A DNA stretch of 64,000 nucleotides from Candidatus Taylorbacteria bacterium RIFCSPHIGHO2_12_FULL_45_16 (GTDB taxonomy: Bacteria > Patescibacteriota > Minisyncoccia > Phycocordibacterales > PALSA-1337), in contig MHRT01000007.1 of the NCBI GenBank assembly GCA_001821055.1, forward strand, positions 7,931 to 71,930, read 5' to 3'. Below, one piece after another: positions 39,001 through 48,975 of this stretch (position 1 is the first letter of the stretch; each line of letters begins with the position of its first letter). The position numbers and the translations under genes were made by a program. Below the pieces are notes generated by a model. It saw nothing but the letters and a program-made list of their open reading frames with translations. It did no database searches and was not told where the DNA came from.

Positions 39001-40404
39001 TCAGACCATACTCACTCTAAGTTTGTCAACCAGCTCCTTCTCTGAAACCCTCTCCTGCCCACCCGTATCCCTATCCCTCACAGTCACCCCTGCGTGTTTT
39101 TCGATAGTCTCAAAATCAACAGTGACACAGAATGGCGTACCGATCTCGTCTTGTCTGCGGTAGCGCTTGCCAATGTTGCCATTGTCATCAAAAACGACCG
39201 CTCCGAATTCTTTTTTGAGTGTGGTGTAAATTTCGCTGGCTTTTTCAACAAGCTGTGGTTTATTTTTCAGCAATGGAAAGACGGCGATTTTCACAGGCGC
39301 CAGCTTCGGCGATAGTCTCAAAACTACTCTAGTTTTTCCTCCAAGCTCGTCCTCGTGGTAAGCATCTGCCATTACTGCGAGAAATACACGGCCTAGTCCC
39401 ATGGATGTTTCGAGTATCCATGGTATATATTTTTCAACAGTCTTTGGATCCGTATAGCGCAAATCTATTCCAGAGAACTTCATGTGCTGTGTTAGGTCAT
39501 AGTCCGTACGATCATGAATGCCTTCAATTTCATCAAAGCCGAATGTTGGAAAATCATATTCAATATCCCATGCATCTTTCGCATAAAATACGAGATGTTC
39601 ATGCTGTTTGAAACGCAACTTCTCTTCATCGATGCCCAACGATAGATACCACTGCCATCGATCCTTCTTTATTGCTTCATATGCTTCTTTGTTCTCATTT
39701 GGGCGGACAAAAAACTGAGTGTCAGCCTGCTCGAACTCGCGTGTTCTGAAAAGGAAGTTACGTGGAGAGATTTCATTTCGGAAGGCCTTACCCATTTGAG
39801 CAACTCCAAATGGAATTGACGGTTGGAGCGTATCAACTATATTCTTGAAATTAAGGTAGATACCCTGACATGCTTCACCGGGCAAATATACAGGCTCACT
39901 GCCTGCTGAAGTGAAATCACCTAGATTGGTCTTTACCAAAAGATTGAAAGCTCGTACTGCAGTAAAATCTTTCTTACCGCAACTAGGACAAACCATTTCG
40001 TTGCGATGCGCATCAAAAAGGTCATTCAGATCCTTTTCTGACATCTTTTCGTCTGCGGCGACGCCAATTTTTGCGAGTTCCTTGTCTACGCGGATACGTG
40101 TGTTGCATTTGCGACATTCAGCCATAGGATCCACAAAGCCTTTTGTATGTCCGCTGGCTTCCCAGACACGAGGATGCTTGAACATGCCCGAATCAAGACC
40201 GTAATAATTTTCCTTATCGTATACGTTCGCTTTCCACCATGACGCTTTGATGTTATTCAAAAGTTCTACTCCCCGTGGACCGAAGTCATAAACGCCAGCT
40301 AGTCCACCATAAATCTCCGAACCCTGATAGACAAACCCTCGCCTCTTGCACAAAGCGATCAGGTTTTCCATGCTGTTTTCTTTCGTTGCTTCCTTTTTAC
40401 TCAT
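39001..40404 (-). CDS. glyQS: Glycyl-tRNA synthetase (alpha2 dimeric type)
   Basis: LIALCKRRGFVYQGSEIYGGLAGVYDFGPRGVELLNNIK... and class II motifs. Confidence 0.9.
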   Translation of the reverse strand: MSKKEATKENSMENLIALCKRRGFVYQGSEIYGGLAGVYDFGPRGVELLNNIKASWWKANVYDKENYYGLDSGMFKHPRVWEASGHTKGFVDPMAECRKCNTRIRVDKELAKIGVAADEKMSEKDLNDLFDAHRNEMVCPSCGKKDFTAVRAFNLLVKTNLGDFTSAGSEPVYLPGEACQGIYLNFKNIVDTLQPSIPFGVAQMGKAFRNEISPRNFLFRTREFEQADTQFFVRPNENKEAYEAIKKDRWQWYLSLGIDEEKLRFKQHEHLVFYAKDAWDIEYDFPTFGFDEIEGIHDRTDYDLTQHMKFSGIDLRYTDPKTVEKYIPWILETSMGLGRVFLAVMADAYHEDELGGKTRVVLRLSPKLAPVKIAVFPLLKNKPQLVEKASEIYTTLKKEFGAVVFDDNGNIGKRYRRQDEIGTPFCVTVDFETIEKHAGVTVRDRDTGGQERVSEKELVDKLRVSMV

Positions 40405-40541
40405 TTTGCTATTCTATATCAAAAACAGCTAACAATCAAAACAGATTTCGTCATGCCTCCTTCTTTGAGGCCAGATACTTCTTGATCTTTCGAACGCCCT
40501 TGGCTTGCAACTTTACGACTCCATGACTTTCTGGCTTTCGA

Positions 40542-42518
40542 CTACTTTGTTACCGTCGCCTGGCCTTCTTGATAATTCGGATCCGTGCTAAATCTTGTCG
40601 TCAAATAATCCTGCCGACTCTGTAACTGCGCACCTGTAAAATTATCCATTGCCGTCAGAGTCGCTTGATTGAGCAGAGTCGGCGACTGATCCACTTGATT
40701 GACGCTCGGCTGGAATGAAATCTGGAAATTGACTTCCCGTCGGCGTGACGAATCGACCGTATAAGTACTGACATTGCCGATGTTCCAGGTGATAAGCCCG
40801 CTATCTTCATCATAGGTCACGACTTCATTGGCTGGACTTGTAGCCTTCAGCCATTTTACATAAGGAGGCAAGGTTGCTGTCACTTGCGCGTCGCCAACAG
40901 CACTCGTCGTATTATCAACTGTCCAAACAATCGTATACGATGTAGGCTGTTCCACTTTTGGCGGAATCGGACCGGTGTTGATGAACGGACCGGTCGTCCG
41001 GACAATACGACCCGTCAATGAGATATTGGATGAGACCCTTGTCGTCCGCGAAACCGCCGCAGAAAGACTCTCTGGAACATTTGACTCTTGTGTGCGATCT
41101 CCCGACACTCCGACGGTCACGACGACGGTCGGATTCACCACCGGGTTTGAAGCCATACTCGTGTCCTTTGGAATCAAACCAAATGAGATGGTACCACTAT
41201 CACCAGCCCTCACAGAAGCAAATTCTGGCGTCGTTTTTTGATTCCAGACAATCTGATTATTGGCGGAATCAAAATATCCTTGATCCGGTTGTATGGCCGT
41301 CTTGTCATACGCCGAACCGCCGAACTTCGCCGTAATGACCATATTTGAGACTGAAGTCGGAAGATTGTTGAACCAAGATATCGTCACGCGCTCGTTTTGG
41401 TTGAATTGACCGATAAAATCATTTGGTGATGTGTCACCGTCAATGCCGATAACCAGAGATATGAACGGTCTTTGTATGGTCATAGTCTGATCGACGGACA
41501 TATATTGCGTGCCGATAATCTTTGGATCAGTCGAACTTTGTGCTCCCGCTGTAAAATGGAAAACGCGGGTTTCACTGTCTTCTCCTTGAATCTTTCCTTT
41601 GATGATTATTGTGCGTTCCGCAGCGGGAGGGATATCACCTATTTTCCATGTCACATTATCATTCAAAGGCCTGATATCTGATGAGATGAAGGTAAATCCG
41701 AACGGATAACTGGCTTTGAGGATGACATTTTTGAGAATGTCTGCAGAGTTCGATTTTAGACTGACTTTAGTTTCGAACTCCTGCCCCGAGGTGATTTCTT
41801 TGAACGAGGAAACCGTCAACAATAACGGCGACGAATTGATCAGTACTTCATATGAGGTTTTTTTGGTAAAGAGCGTGGTCGAGCCTTTTACTTTGTAAGT
41901 CACACTGATGGCAATTTGTTTTTGGAGATTTTCTTCGCCAAACATGATGGCACTCACGGTCTTTTGCGCTGAACCGCCGGCCGGTATGTCACCCAAAAGT
42001 TCACGAAATGTTTTGAGTTCTTGCGTCGAGTCAATAGGGTTTGTCGTCCCCGCTGGAAAATCGACGGCCAAATCCGCGGATTCAAGGTCAACATTATTCT
42101 TGTTGACGACTTGAATATCAAATGAAACCGGCGCTCCCCCGGGGATGGAAATCGGTCCGTTGATGCTTATGGCAATGTTGTTAGCTGAAATCAGATTGGA
42201 ACCATTGAAAAATAGATAGGCACCGATGCCAATGGCGACAACACAAAAAACAAGCGAGGCTATGAGAAACTTTATAAAAAATGACATGGAGTGATCTTCG
42301 TATTGTTTATTGAGAACTGCGACCGGTTGATTGTCTCCGGCTTCGTCTGGATTTTTCCAATCAGTCTGAATTGTGCTTTCGGCCGGAGTGAATCTGAGTT
42401 TGCGTCGCGTCCGCACATCAGGCGCATTCCGCGAATACAGCGACTTTTTCAATTCTTCAATCCGGTTTTTCTCGTCAGAAGGGGGCACAGGAGTAATTAT
42501 ACAATGATCAACGCCCAA
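40542..42518 (-). CDS. Single-pass membrane protein with a large extracellular beta-rich repeat region (hypothetical surface protein)
   Basis: Cytoplasmic N-terminus, TM helix FFIKFLIASLVFCVVAIGIGAYLFF, then ~550 aa of repetitive beta-strand-like sequence. Confidence 0.5.
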   Translation of the reverse strand: MGVDHCIITPVPPSDEKNRIEELKKSLYSRNAPDVRTRRKLRFTPAESTIQTDWKNPDEAGDNQPVAVLNKQYEDHSMSFFIKFLIASLVFCVVAIGIGAYLFFNGSNLISANNIAISINGPISIPGGAPVSFDIQVVNKNNVDLESADLAVDFPAGTTNPIDSTQELKTFRELLGDIPAGGSAQKTVSAIMFGEENLQKQIAISVTYKVKGSTTLFTKKTSYEVLINSSPLLLTVSSFKEITSGQEFETKVSLKSNSADILKNVILKASYPFGFTFISSDIRPLNDNVTWKIGDIPPAAERTIIIKGKIQGEDSETRVFHFTAGAQSSTDPKIIGTQYMSVDQTMTIQRPFISLVIGIDGDTSPNDFIGQFNQNERVTISWFNNLPTSVSNMVITAKFGGSAYDKTAIQPDQGYFDSANNQIVWNQKTTPEFASVRAGDSGTISFGLIPKDTSMASNPVVNPTVVVTVGVSGDRTQESNVPESLSAAVSRTTRVSSNISLTGRIVRTTGPFINTGPIPPKVEQPTSYTIVWTVDNTTSAVGDAQVTATLPPYVKWLKATSPANEVVTYDEDSGLITWNIGNVSTYTVDSSRRREVNFQISFQPSVNQVDQSPTLLNQATLTAMDNFTGAQLQSRQDYLTTRFSTDPNYQEGQATVTK

Positions 42519-42588
42519 TAACCAACTAACTAACTAATTAATTGTCTATGTTAGTCTATTGATCATTGCATTATTGAACATTGGCGAC

Positions 42589-43176
42589 TTACAGATGCGA
42601 CTCCTTCAAGGCCTTATTGATGTGCCGATTCATGTTAGTTCTCTGTTTCATTGCCTCATCAATCAAACTGGTGCTTAGTGGTTCGCCGATAATTCTAGCA
42701 TCAAGTTTTTTATCGGTTCCGATATAGCCAAGCAGATGTAAAATCCTGAAGACGATTATTGATTCTAGAGTTTGCATTTGTTCTGCTGATAGCTTATTGG
42801 AATCGGTTGAATCTTCCAAAAATAGAAAAGACCGTTCGATATGCCCAAATAATTCGACATGAGCCTCCTCCCCATGAAGCAAGCGACATAGAAGAAAAGC
42901 GACGCGTCCAGTGAGGCTAGACCTTGATATATCAAGGTCGGGCCTCACTGAATCAGCATTCGTCAGCCGCCAAAACTCTTTTCCACGCACGAACGAAAAT
43001 TCGCCAAACGAATATTCCTGCGAATGATAGCGCAGTTTTGACTTTTCCAGCCGTATTCCCTGCGCAGTTGCCAAGACCAATCCAAGGTCACGAGTAAAAA
43101 TTGACAGCAATTTTCCCGATTCACCTCTAGGGCGAGATTTAATGATGAATCCTGGAGTGGTGTGGATTATGTGCAT
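42589..43176 (-). CDS. recO: RecO-like DNA repair protein (short form)
   Basis: N-terminal OB fold PGFIIKSRPRGESGKLLSIFTRDLGLVLATAQGIRLEKSKL. Confidence 0.55.
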   Translation of the reverse strand: MHIIHTTPGFIIKSRPRGESGKLLSIFTRDLGLVLATAQGIRLEKSKLRYHSQEYSFGEFSFVRGKEFWRLTNADSVRPDLDISRSSLTGRVAFLLCRLLHGEEAHVELFGHIERSFLFLEDSTDSNKLSAEQMQTLESIIVFRILHLLGYIGTDKKLDARIIGEPLSTSLIDEAMKQRTNMNRHINKALKESHL

Positions 43177-43180
43177 GATA

Positions 43181-43208
43181 GCTTTTACCGAGGTGGAACC
43201 TCAGTAAG
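43181..43208 (+). repeat. Partial copy of the intergenic repeat family (gcttttaccgaggtggaacctc); it supplies the last six codons and stop of ileS
   Basis: Matches the 3' part of copies 2 and 3. The ileS C-terminus TEVPPR* is encoded within it. Confidence 0.55.
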
Positions 43209-46200
43209 AGTTACTTTAAACTCAACATCCCCTGTCACCACTGGTTCTCCAACCACACTCCCAAATCTAACTTCAGAAATAGTGCACGCCGCCTTCACTT
43301 GTTTTTCATTATCCTCAACAAATTTCCGTCCAGCGCCATTGGTATCCAAAATAAGCACAGCTTTGTCATTCATACTCAATCCTTTTTCTTTACGCAGATC
43401 CTGAATGGCACGGATAAGTTCGCGGGTCATACCCTCCTCTTTGAGTGTGGGGGTGATGGTCGTATCCAATTCGACATCTTTCTCGATTGTAACTCCAAAG
43501 ACGACCTCCTTCACATTCACTTCATCCTTGATCAGTCCCACAAAATTATCCGCCAATGACTTTGATTTTTGATTTTTAACTTTTAACTTGCTCAAGGGCT
43601 GTCTGATATTGATCTTGGCCGCCATGCGCGCTTCCAGGCCTTTTGAACAAAGAGTGCGGACCGTCTCCATGTTGGCGATTAGATCCGAGTCAATTTTCTC
43701 CGCCGCCGGCCATGTTTCAAGATGCACACTCTCCAATCCTCCACCGACTTCTTGATACAAATAATCAGCGAAGAATGGTGAAAACGGCGCCATGATTTTT
43801 GCCAAAGTAATAAGCACATATCGCGTGGTCAAAATAGCCATTTCTTTGTCAACTAAATCGCTTCCCTTGAACCGATCACGCGAGCGACGGATATACCATT
43901 GCGACAAATCACCGACAAAGTCCCGAATTGAACGAGTTGGTTCTTGAAATGTGTAAGCATCCAATCCTCTAGTCACAATCTCTGTGATCTGATTGAGTCG
44001 GGTTATTATCCAGCAATCAAGGATATTGACACTAACCTTTATCCCTCCGCTTCTCTGCTTCTTTTCTCCCCCATACATCTTGTAAAACGACAATACATTC
44101 CCCGCTAGATTGAAGACTTTCTTGACTATTTCATCTACTGTTTTCTCCTCAAAATTCTTTGAGTCACCGGGCTGATTGACCGAATACATCCAGTAGCGCA
44201 GGGCGTCAGCTCCATATTTATCCATCATCTCCCAAGGAGAGATGACATTACCAACCGACTTGGACATTTTTTTGCCATGGGCATCTAGGATATGGCCCAA
44301 ACAGATGACATTTTTGAATGCTTTACCCTTGCCCATGAGTATGCCGACTGCGTGCAATGTATAAAACCAACCACGCGTCTGATCTATGGCTTCGGAGATG
44401 AAGTCTGCTGGGTAGGCTAGATCTTGTTTTTCGGAAAAAAAACGGCTGAATGTATTTCCTCCTTTTACAAATGGGTAATGGTCCTGCGCGAACGGCATAG
44501 ATCCAGAATCAAACCAGACGTCCATGACTTCTTTGACACGCGACATCGTGCCGCCACAGGCACAAGACAATTTAACTTCGTCGATATGCGGGCGATGTAG
44601 ATCAAGCTCGTATTCGGCGTTGTGCGGAATCACCGAAAAATCAACCAGACGAATCTCTGAATTGTTTATGTATTGGCTTTTTTCCAATTCGATGGAGCAG
44701 ACGCGGTCAAGACCCTTGGCAGAGGAGAGCAACATCATGGCCGGTGTCGCATGAGTAATGATGAGTATCGTCTTGTTAACATATTTTCCGTCAATTTCAT
44801 AGAGAAAATCCCCGGTGCGTTTTTTGACATCGCCGTATCTTTCGGCGCCAGGTGGTACATGTTCGAAGCGAGACTCAAACGGAAATGTTTCAGACAAATC
44901 CTTGACTTTCTTGCCATCATAGTCGCCAAAATCAAGTTCATTCAGTCGTTCGTCGATAATGACCTTATCATCTGAAAAACCGAGCGCCTCTTGAATAATG
45001 GCCGCAGTCCGGCGCGCTCGCAAAAACGAGGAGTGATAGATGAGATCAATGCCTTTGCCTTTGAGAGAGATAGCTGTTTTATTTACATCTTCTTCGCCGA
45101 CAGAAGTGAGATCAAACAGTTCACGGTCTTGGGAATTTAAGATTCCTTCAGTATTATTTTCCGCTTCCCCGTGGCGCATAATATGATAGGTATTTCGCGA
45201 CTTCTGGGCAATCTCCTGCACCGAACCAACAACTTTACTCTTTTGACAAGTACCACAGATCCAAACAGGCAATGGCGTGCCCCAATATCGTTCGCGGGAA
45301 ATAGCCCAGTCTTTGATCTCACGAAGCCATTCGCCAAATCTGCCATCCTTGATATATGCCGGTTCCCAGTGAATACCTTCGTTTTCTTTGATTAGTTCCT
45401 TTCGTAAAGAAGACATTCTGATGTACCAAGAGTCGCGAGCAAAGTAGATTAGAGAAGTTTTACAGCGCCAACAAAATGGATAGCTATGCTGGTGCTTTTC
45501 TTTGTGAAATAGAAGGCTACCGTCCGGGCGATTGGCTAGATCCTTTATTATCTCAACATCGGTGGCCTCATCTCTGACGAATTTTCCCGCCAAAAACCCA
45601 GCCACCTTTTTGAAAGTTCCATCTTCATTGACCAAATGATATCTTGGCAAACCTACTTTGGTCCCAAGTTCAAAATCGTCCTGACCGTACATGACGGCCG
45701 TGTGTACGATACCAGTGCCGTCCGTAGTTGTGACGAAATCAGCGGCATATACTTTGTAAGCATTCGAAAGTTTTTCCTTTTCAGCACCGGAGATAGAATC
45801 TTGTAGAAAGGAGTAAAGAGGTTCATATTCAAGACCGATAAGTTCTTTCCCTTTTATTGTTTCAAGAATTTTGGCGTCTTTGAATCGTTCCCCAAGGACA
45901 CTTGTGCGATCCTTAGCAAGAACATAGTATTCCAAATCCAAGGTTGGACTTTGCACAGCCACTTGTACGTACTCAATGTTCGGATTCACCGCCAGGGCGA
46001 CATTCCCCGGCAATGTCCACGGTGTGGTTGTCCAAGCCAATAAATACACTTCTTTACTGTCAGATGTTTTCGGAAAAATCTTCTCAATGTTTGTGATTCG
46101 AAACTTCACTGTCACAGCCAAATCTTTCACATCCTGGTAACCCTGCGCCAATTCATGCGAAGACAGCCCCGTTCCGCAACGCGGACACCAAGGCACAACC

Positions 46201-46747
46201 TTGTAATCTTTGTACAAGAGTTTCTTCTCGTCAATCGTCTTCACGATATTCCAGAGAGACTCAATATATGAAGACTTATAAGTGATGTACGGATCCTTTA
46301 AATCAACCCAATATCCCATCCGGTTAGTGAAATCAGCCCACTCATGTACATGTTTCCAGACACTTTCCTTGCATTTTTCGTTGAACGCGCCAATGCCGTA
46401 GGCTTCTATCTCTTTCTTGGATTTCAGGCCCAACTCTTTTTCAACCTGCAACTCAACCGGCAGACCATGAGTATCCCAGCCACCTTTGCGCCTCACATGA
46501 AAACCACACATTGTTTTGTAACGCGGAATAGCATCCTTGAAAGCTCGGGCTTCAAGATGGTGAATGCCCGGAAGTCCATTGGCCGTCGGTGGACCTTCAA
46601 AAAATACGAACTCTTTGCCGCCCTCGGTCTTTTTAAGCGACTTCTCAAAAATCCCTCTCTCTTTCCAGAAAGTCAAGATCTTCTCTTCACGCTCGGCGTG
46701 GGGAGATTTGGTTTGGTTATTTTTTTGTTGATTATTTAATTCAGCCA
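43185..46747 (-). CDS. ileS: Isoleucyl-tRNA synthetase with a nested histidine-phosphatase (PGM/SixA-like) domain (start set at MAELNNQQ)
   Basis: HIGH-like GIHHLEA, CP1 WCPRCGTGLS, WAISRERYWGTPLPVW, zinc knuckle WICGTCQ...SCACGG, DVWFDSGSMPF and KMSKS are all present. A ~200-aa insert sits between the two halves of the zinc knuckle. Confidence 0.9.
44700..45190 (-). other. Histidine phosphatase superfamily (branch 1, PGM/SixA/CobC-like) domain nested in ileS
   Basis: YHIMRHGEAENN (RHG catalytic His), SSFLRARRTAAII, RLNELDFGDYDG, PPGAERYGDVKKR, ILIITHATPAMML (second His). Confidence 0.8.
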
Positions 46748-46783
46748 TAATGTCCACACAAATCAATTGGTTCCAACAGAATA

Positions 46784-48610
46784 TCACATCCTCTTCGGCA
46801 CTTTTATCCCCAACAGCCACAAACCATCCGTCATTGTTATAAGGAATGCTTGCGTCAGATTCAGGCGATATGAAGTCAGCGGATCATTTTCGACAATAAT
46901 CTTATTAGTCGCATAGTAGACGTTGAAAGCCCCGGCCAGAGTGATCAAATAATTGGCGACATGTTGTGGTGCGTATTCCATCCTGGCGTGTTCAACAATA
47001 TCCGGAAATCTTGATATTAATTTTTCTAATAATGTAACCGACTCTGGAAGTATCCCAACAAGGTCGGGCCTTGGGATGATCTGCGCCTGACTTTCAGTTT
47101 GCGAATTTTGATTATTTCCTTCTTTGTTTCTTTGCTTGTCTTTCGATACTTTAGCATAGGAGGACTTTTTTCCTTTTTCCAATACTGCTCCCGCCCTCAC
47201 CGCCGCGTATTGCAAATAAGGCCCGGAATCCCCTTCAAATGAGATAGACGCCGCTGAATCAAAAATAACATCACTGCCGATGGTTTGGCGTAGAATCGTG
47301 TATTTTATCGCCCCGACCGCCACAATATCGGAGATTTCCTCTTTTTCAGCCGGACTCAATTCGCGATCGGAGATTTTATCCATCACCAAAGATTTGATCT
47401 CGCCAAGCAATGATTCAGCTGAAATAACATTGCCTTTCCGCGAAGCCATCTTCCCCGAAGCGAAACGAAGCATGCCGTGTGAAATATGTTTTGTTTTGGT
47501 GAATATGTTTTGGTCAATCAGTGAGAATGCTTTCAAAAGGACTTTGAAATAATCATTTTGTTCATTGGCTGTAATGATTATCGATTCAGTCAGATCGGGA
47601 TATTTTTTGAATTTTTCGATATTCAAACCGATCTCTTTGGCCTCATAGGTGGGCAGTCCCTGCGAAGTGATGAAGACGCGGGTATGCAGTCCATAATCCT
47701 CTCCTTTGAAGATTACGGCTCCTTCACTTTCGGTGAATACGCCTTTCTTGAGAAACTCACGGACGACCTTGATTCCATTGTCAGCAACCTCACTTTCAAA
47801 AAAGAATTCATTGAACTTGGTACCGAGGCTGGCGTAAATAATATCAAAATATTCCAGGCTCCATTTTCTACCCTGGACATATATTTCATTAATATCTTTA
47901 TCCGATTTTTCAAAGATTTTCTTGTTTATCACCGCGATTTCTTTTTGAACCGCCTCATCATCGTCAAATTTTGCCCCAGAAACATACATCTCCCCAAGCC
48001 ATTTGACTTTTTCCGTAACAGAACCGAGATTTTCCCCACGCTTCTCATTTTTGCTTCTTTCCTTTTCTTTTTGTATCGCCCAAATCGTCTTGGCCACATG
48101 CAAACCCACATCACCTTGATAACAGGCGCGGATGACCTCCGCACCGGAGCCTTCAGTCAACCGAGAAATCGACTCGCCGATTGCATTTGACATCAGATGC
48201 CCAATATGAAAAGCCTTGAATGGATTTGGATCAGTATACTCAACCATCACTTTTTTGGAGGTCCGACCTCCAGATCTGTGGATCCGACCCACAGATAGAG
48301 CCGTGGCAACAATCTCTTCCACGAAAACTTTATCCTTGATTTTAAAATTGATAAATCCGGGACCATCAACAGAAATCGATTCGACAAAGCTTAATTTCTC
48401 GCCCAAATATTTTTTTAGTTCGGTAATTATTTTCTCCGCCAGAATTTTCGGTGCCATGTCGAGCTGTTTGGCATAAATCATCGCCACATTGCAGGAAAAA
48501 TCACCATGTGCTGGGTTTTCGGGATATTCCAGCTTGAAAGATGGCATGTCGATGCCCAATCCGACCAAAATCTTATCCACAGCTTGTCCCAGTTCGACTT
48601 TCATATTCAT
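46784..48610 (-). CDS. argS: Arginyl-tRNA synthetase (start set at MNMKV)
   Basis: HIGH motif PFKAFHIGHL, an N-terminal Arg_tRNA_synt_N-like domain, and a C-terminal DALR anticodon-binding region. Confidence 0.9.
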   Translation of the reverse strand: MNMKVELGQAVDKILVGLGIDMPSFKLEYPENPAHGDFSCNVAMIYAKQLDMAPKILAEKIITELKKYLGEKLSFVESISVDGPGFINFKIKDKVFVEEIVATALSVGRIHRSGGRTSKKVMVEYTDPNPFKAFHIGHLMSNAIGESISRLTEGSGAEVIRACYQGDVGLHVAKTIWAIQKEKERSKNEKRGENLGSVTEKVKWLGEMYVSGAKFDDDEAVQKEIAVINKKIFEKSDKDINEIYVQGRKWSLEYFDIIYASLGTKFNEFFFESEVADNGIKVVREFLKKGVFTESEGAVIFKGEDYGLHTRVFITSQGLPTYEAKEIGLNIEKFKKYPDLTESIIITANEQNDYFKVLLKAFSLIDQNIFTKTKHISHGMLRFASGKMASRKGNVISAESLLGEIKSLVMDKISDRELSPAEKEEISDIVAVGAIKYTILRQTIGSDVIFDSAASISFEGDSGPYLQYAAVRAGAVLEKGKKSSYAKVSKDKQRNKEGNNQNSQTESQAQIIPRPDLVGILPESVTLLEKLISRFPDIVEHARMEYAPQHVANYLITLAGAFNVYYATNKIIVENDPLTSYRLNLTQAFLITMTDGLWLLGIKVPKRM

Positions 48611-48646
48611 AGGCCTATTGTAGCAAATCAGGCCACAAATCACGCC

Positions 48647-48674
48647 TTGACAAACATAAAATTGGGGTTATACT
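48647..48674 (+). promoter_or_regulatory. Sigma70-like promoter TTGACA-16-TATACT driving the candidate ncRNA
   Basis: Near-consensus hexamers on the plus strand in the argS/glyA intergenic gap. Confidence 0.5.
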
Positions 48675-48681
48675 ACGACGC

Positions 48682-48972
48682 AGACAAGCAACGCCGGGGA
48701 ATTGGGTGTGTCATTCCCAACCGGACCCTGCTGACGGGAGTGGAATAGCGTCGCCACGATGACGCTCGTCAAAGGTACTCCAACAAATTGCGTTTGGTTC
48801 CTCATGCCGACAAGGCGAAAGGCCAACAACCAAAAGGTTGCTCGTCCCCCGCTCCGCCGAGAGCGTCGTGAACGGTTGAAAACGCGATTGACACGCCTGC
48901 CTTCCTCGCAAAAAACGAGAAGGCACCACCTTTACGGTGCGGTTCGCTTCGAGCGGGCCGCACCCCTTTTAT
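48682..48972 (+). ncRNA. Candidate structured ncRNA of unknown class (~290 nt, GC-rich, many short hairpins) with its own promoter and terminator
   Basis: No plausible ORF. Examples of hairpins are CCGGGGAAT...ATTCCC...CCGG, AGCGTC...GACGCT and CAACCAAAAGGTTG. Ends in GGTGCGG...CCGCACC + CCTTTTATTTAT. Confidence 0.4.
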
Positions 48973-48975
48973 TTA
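48936..48975 (+). terminator. Rho-independent terminator (GGTGCGG-loop-CCGCACC + U-run)
   Basis: 7-bp GC stem followed by CCTTTTATTTAT. Confidence 0.6.

Noticed and set aside
48611-48972. T-box leader regulating argS on the minus strand
   Set aside because: The only T-box-like stretch (AAAGGTGGTGCC) lies about 300 nt from the argS start, at the far end next to the glyA stop. No specifier / AGAGA / GNUGA organisation is visible. argS has its own TACAAT -10 element just upstream of the ATG.
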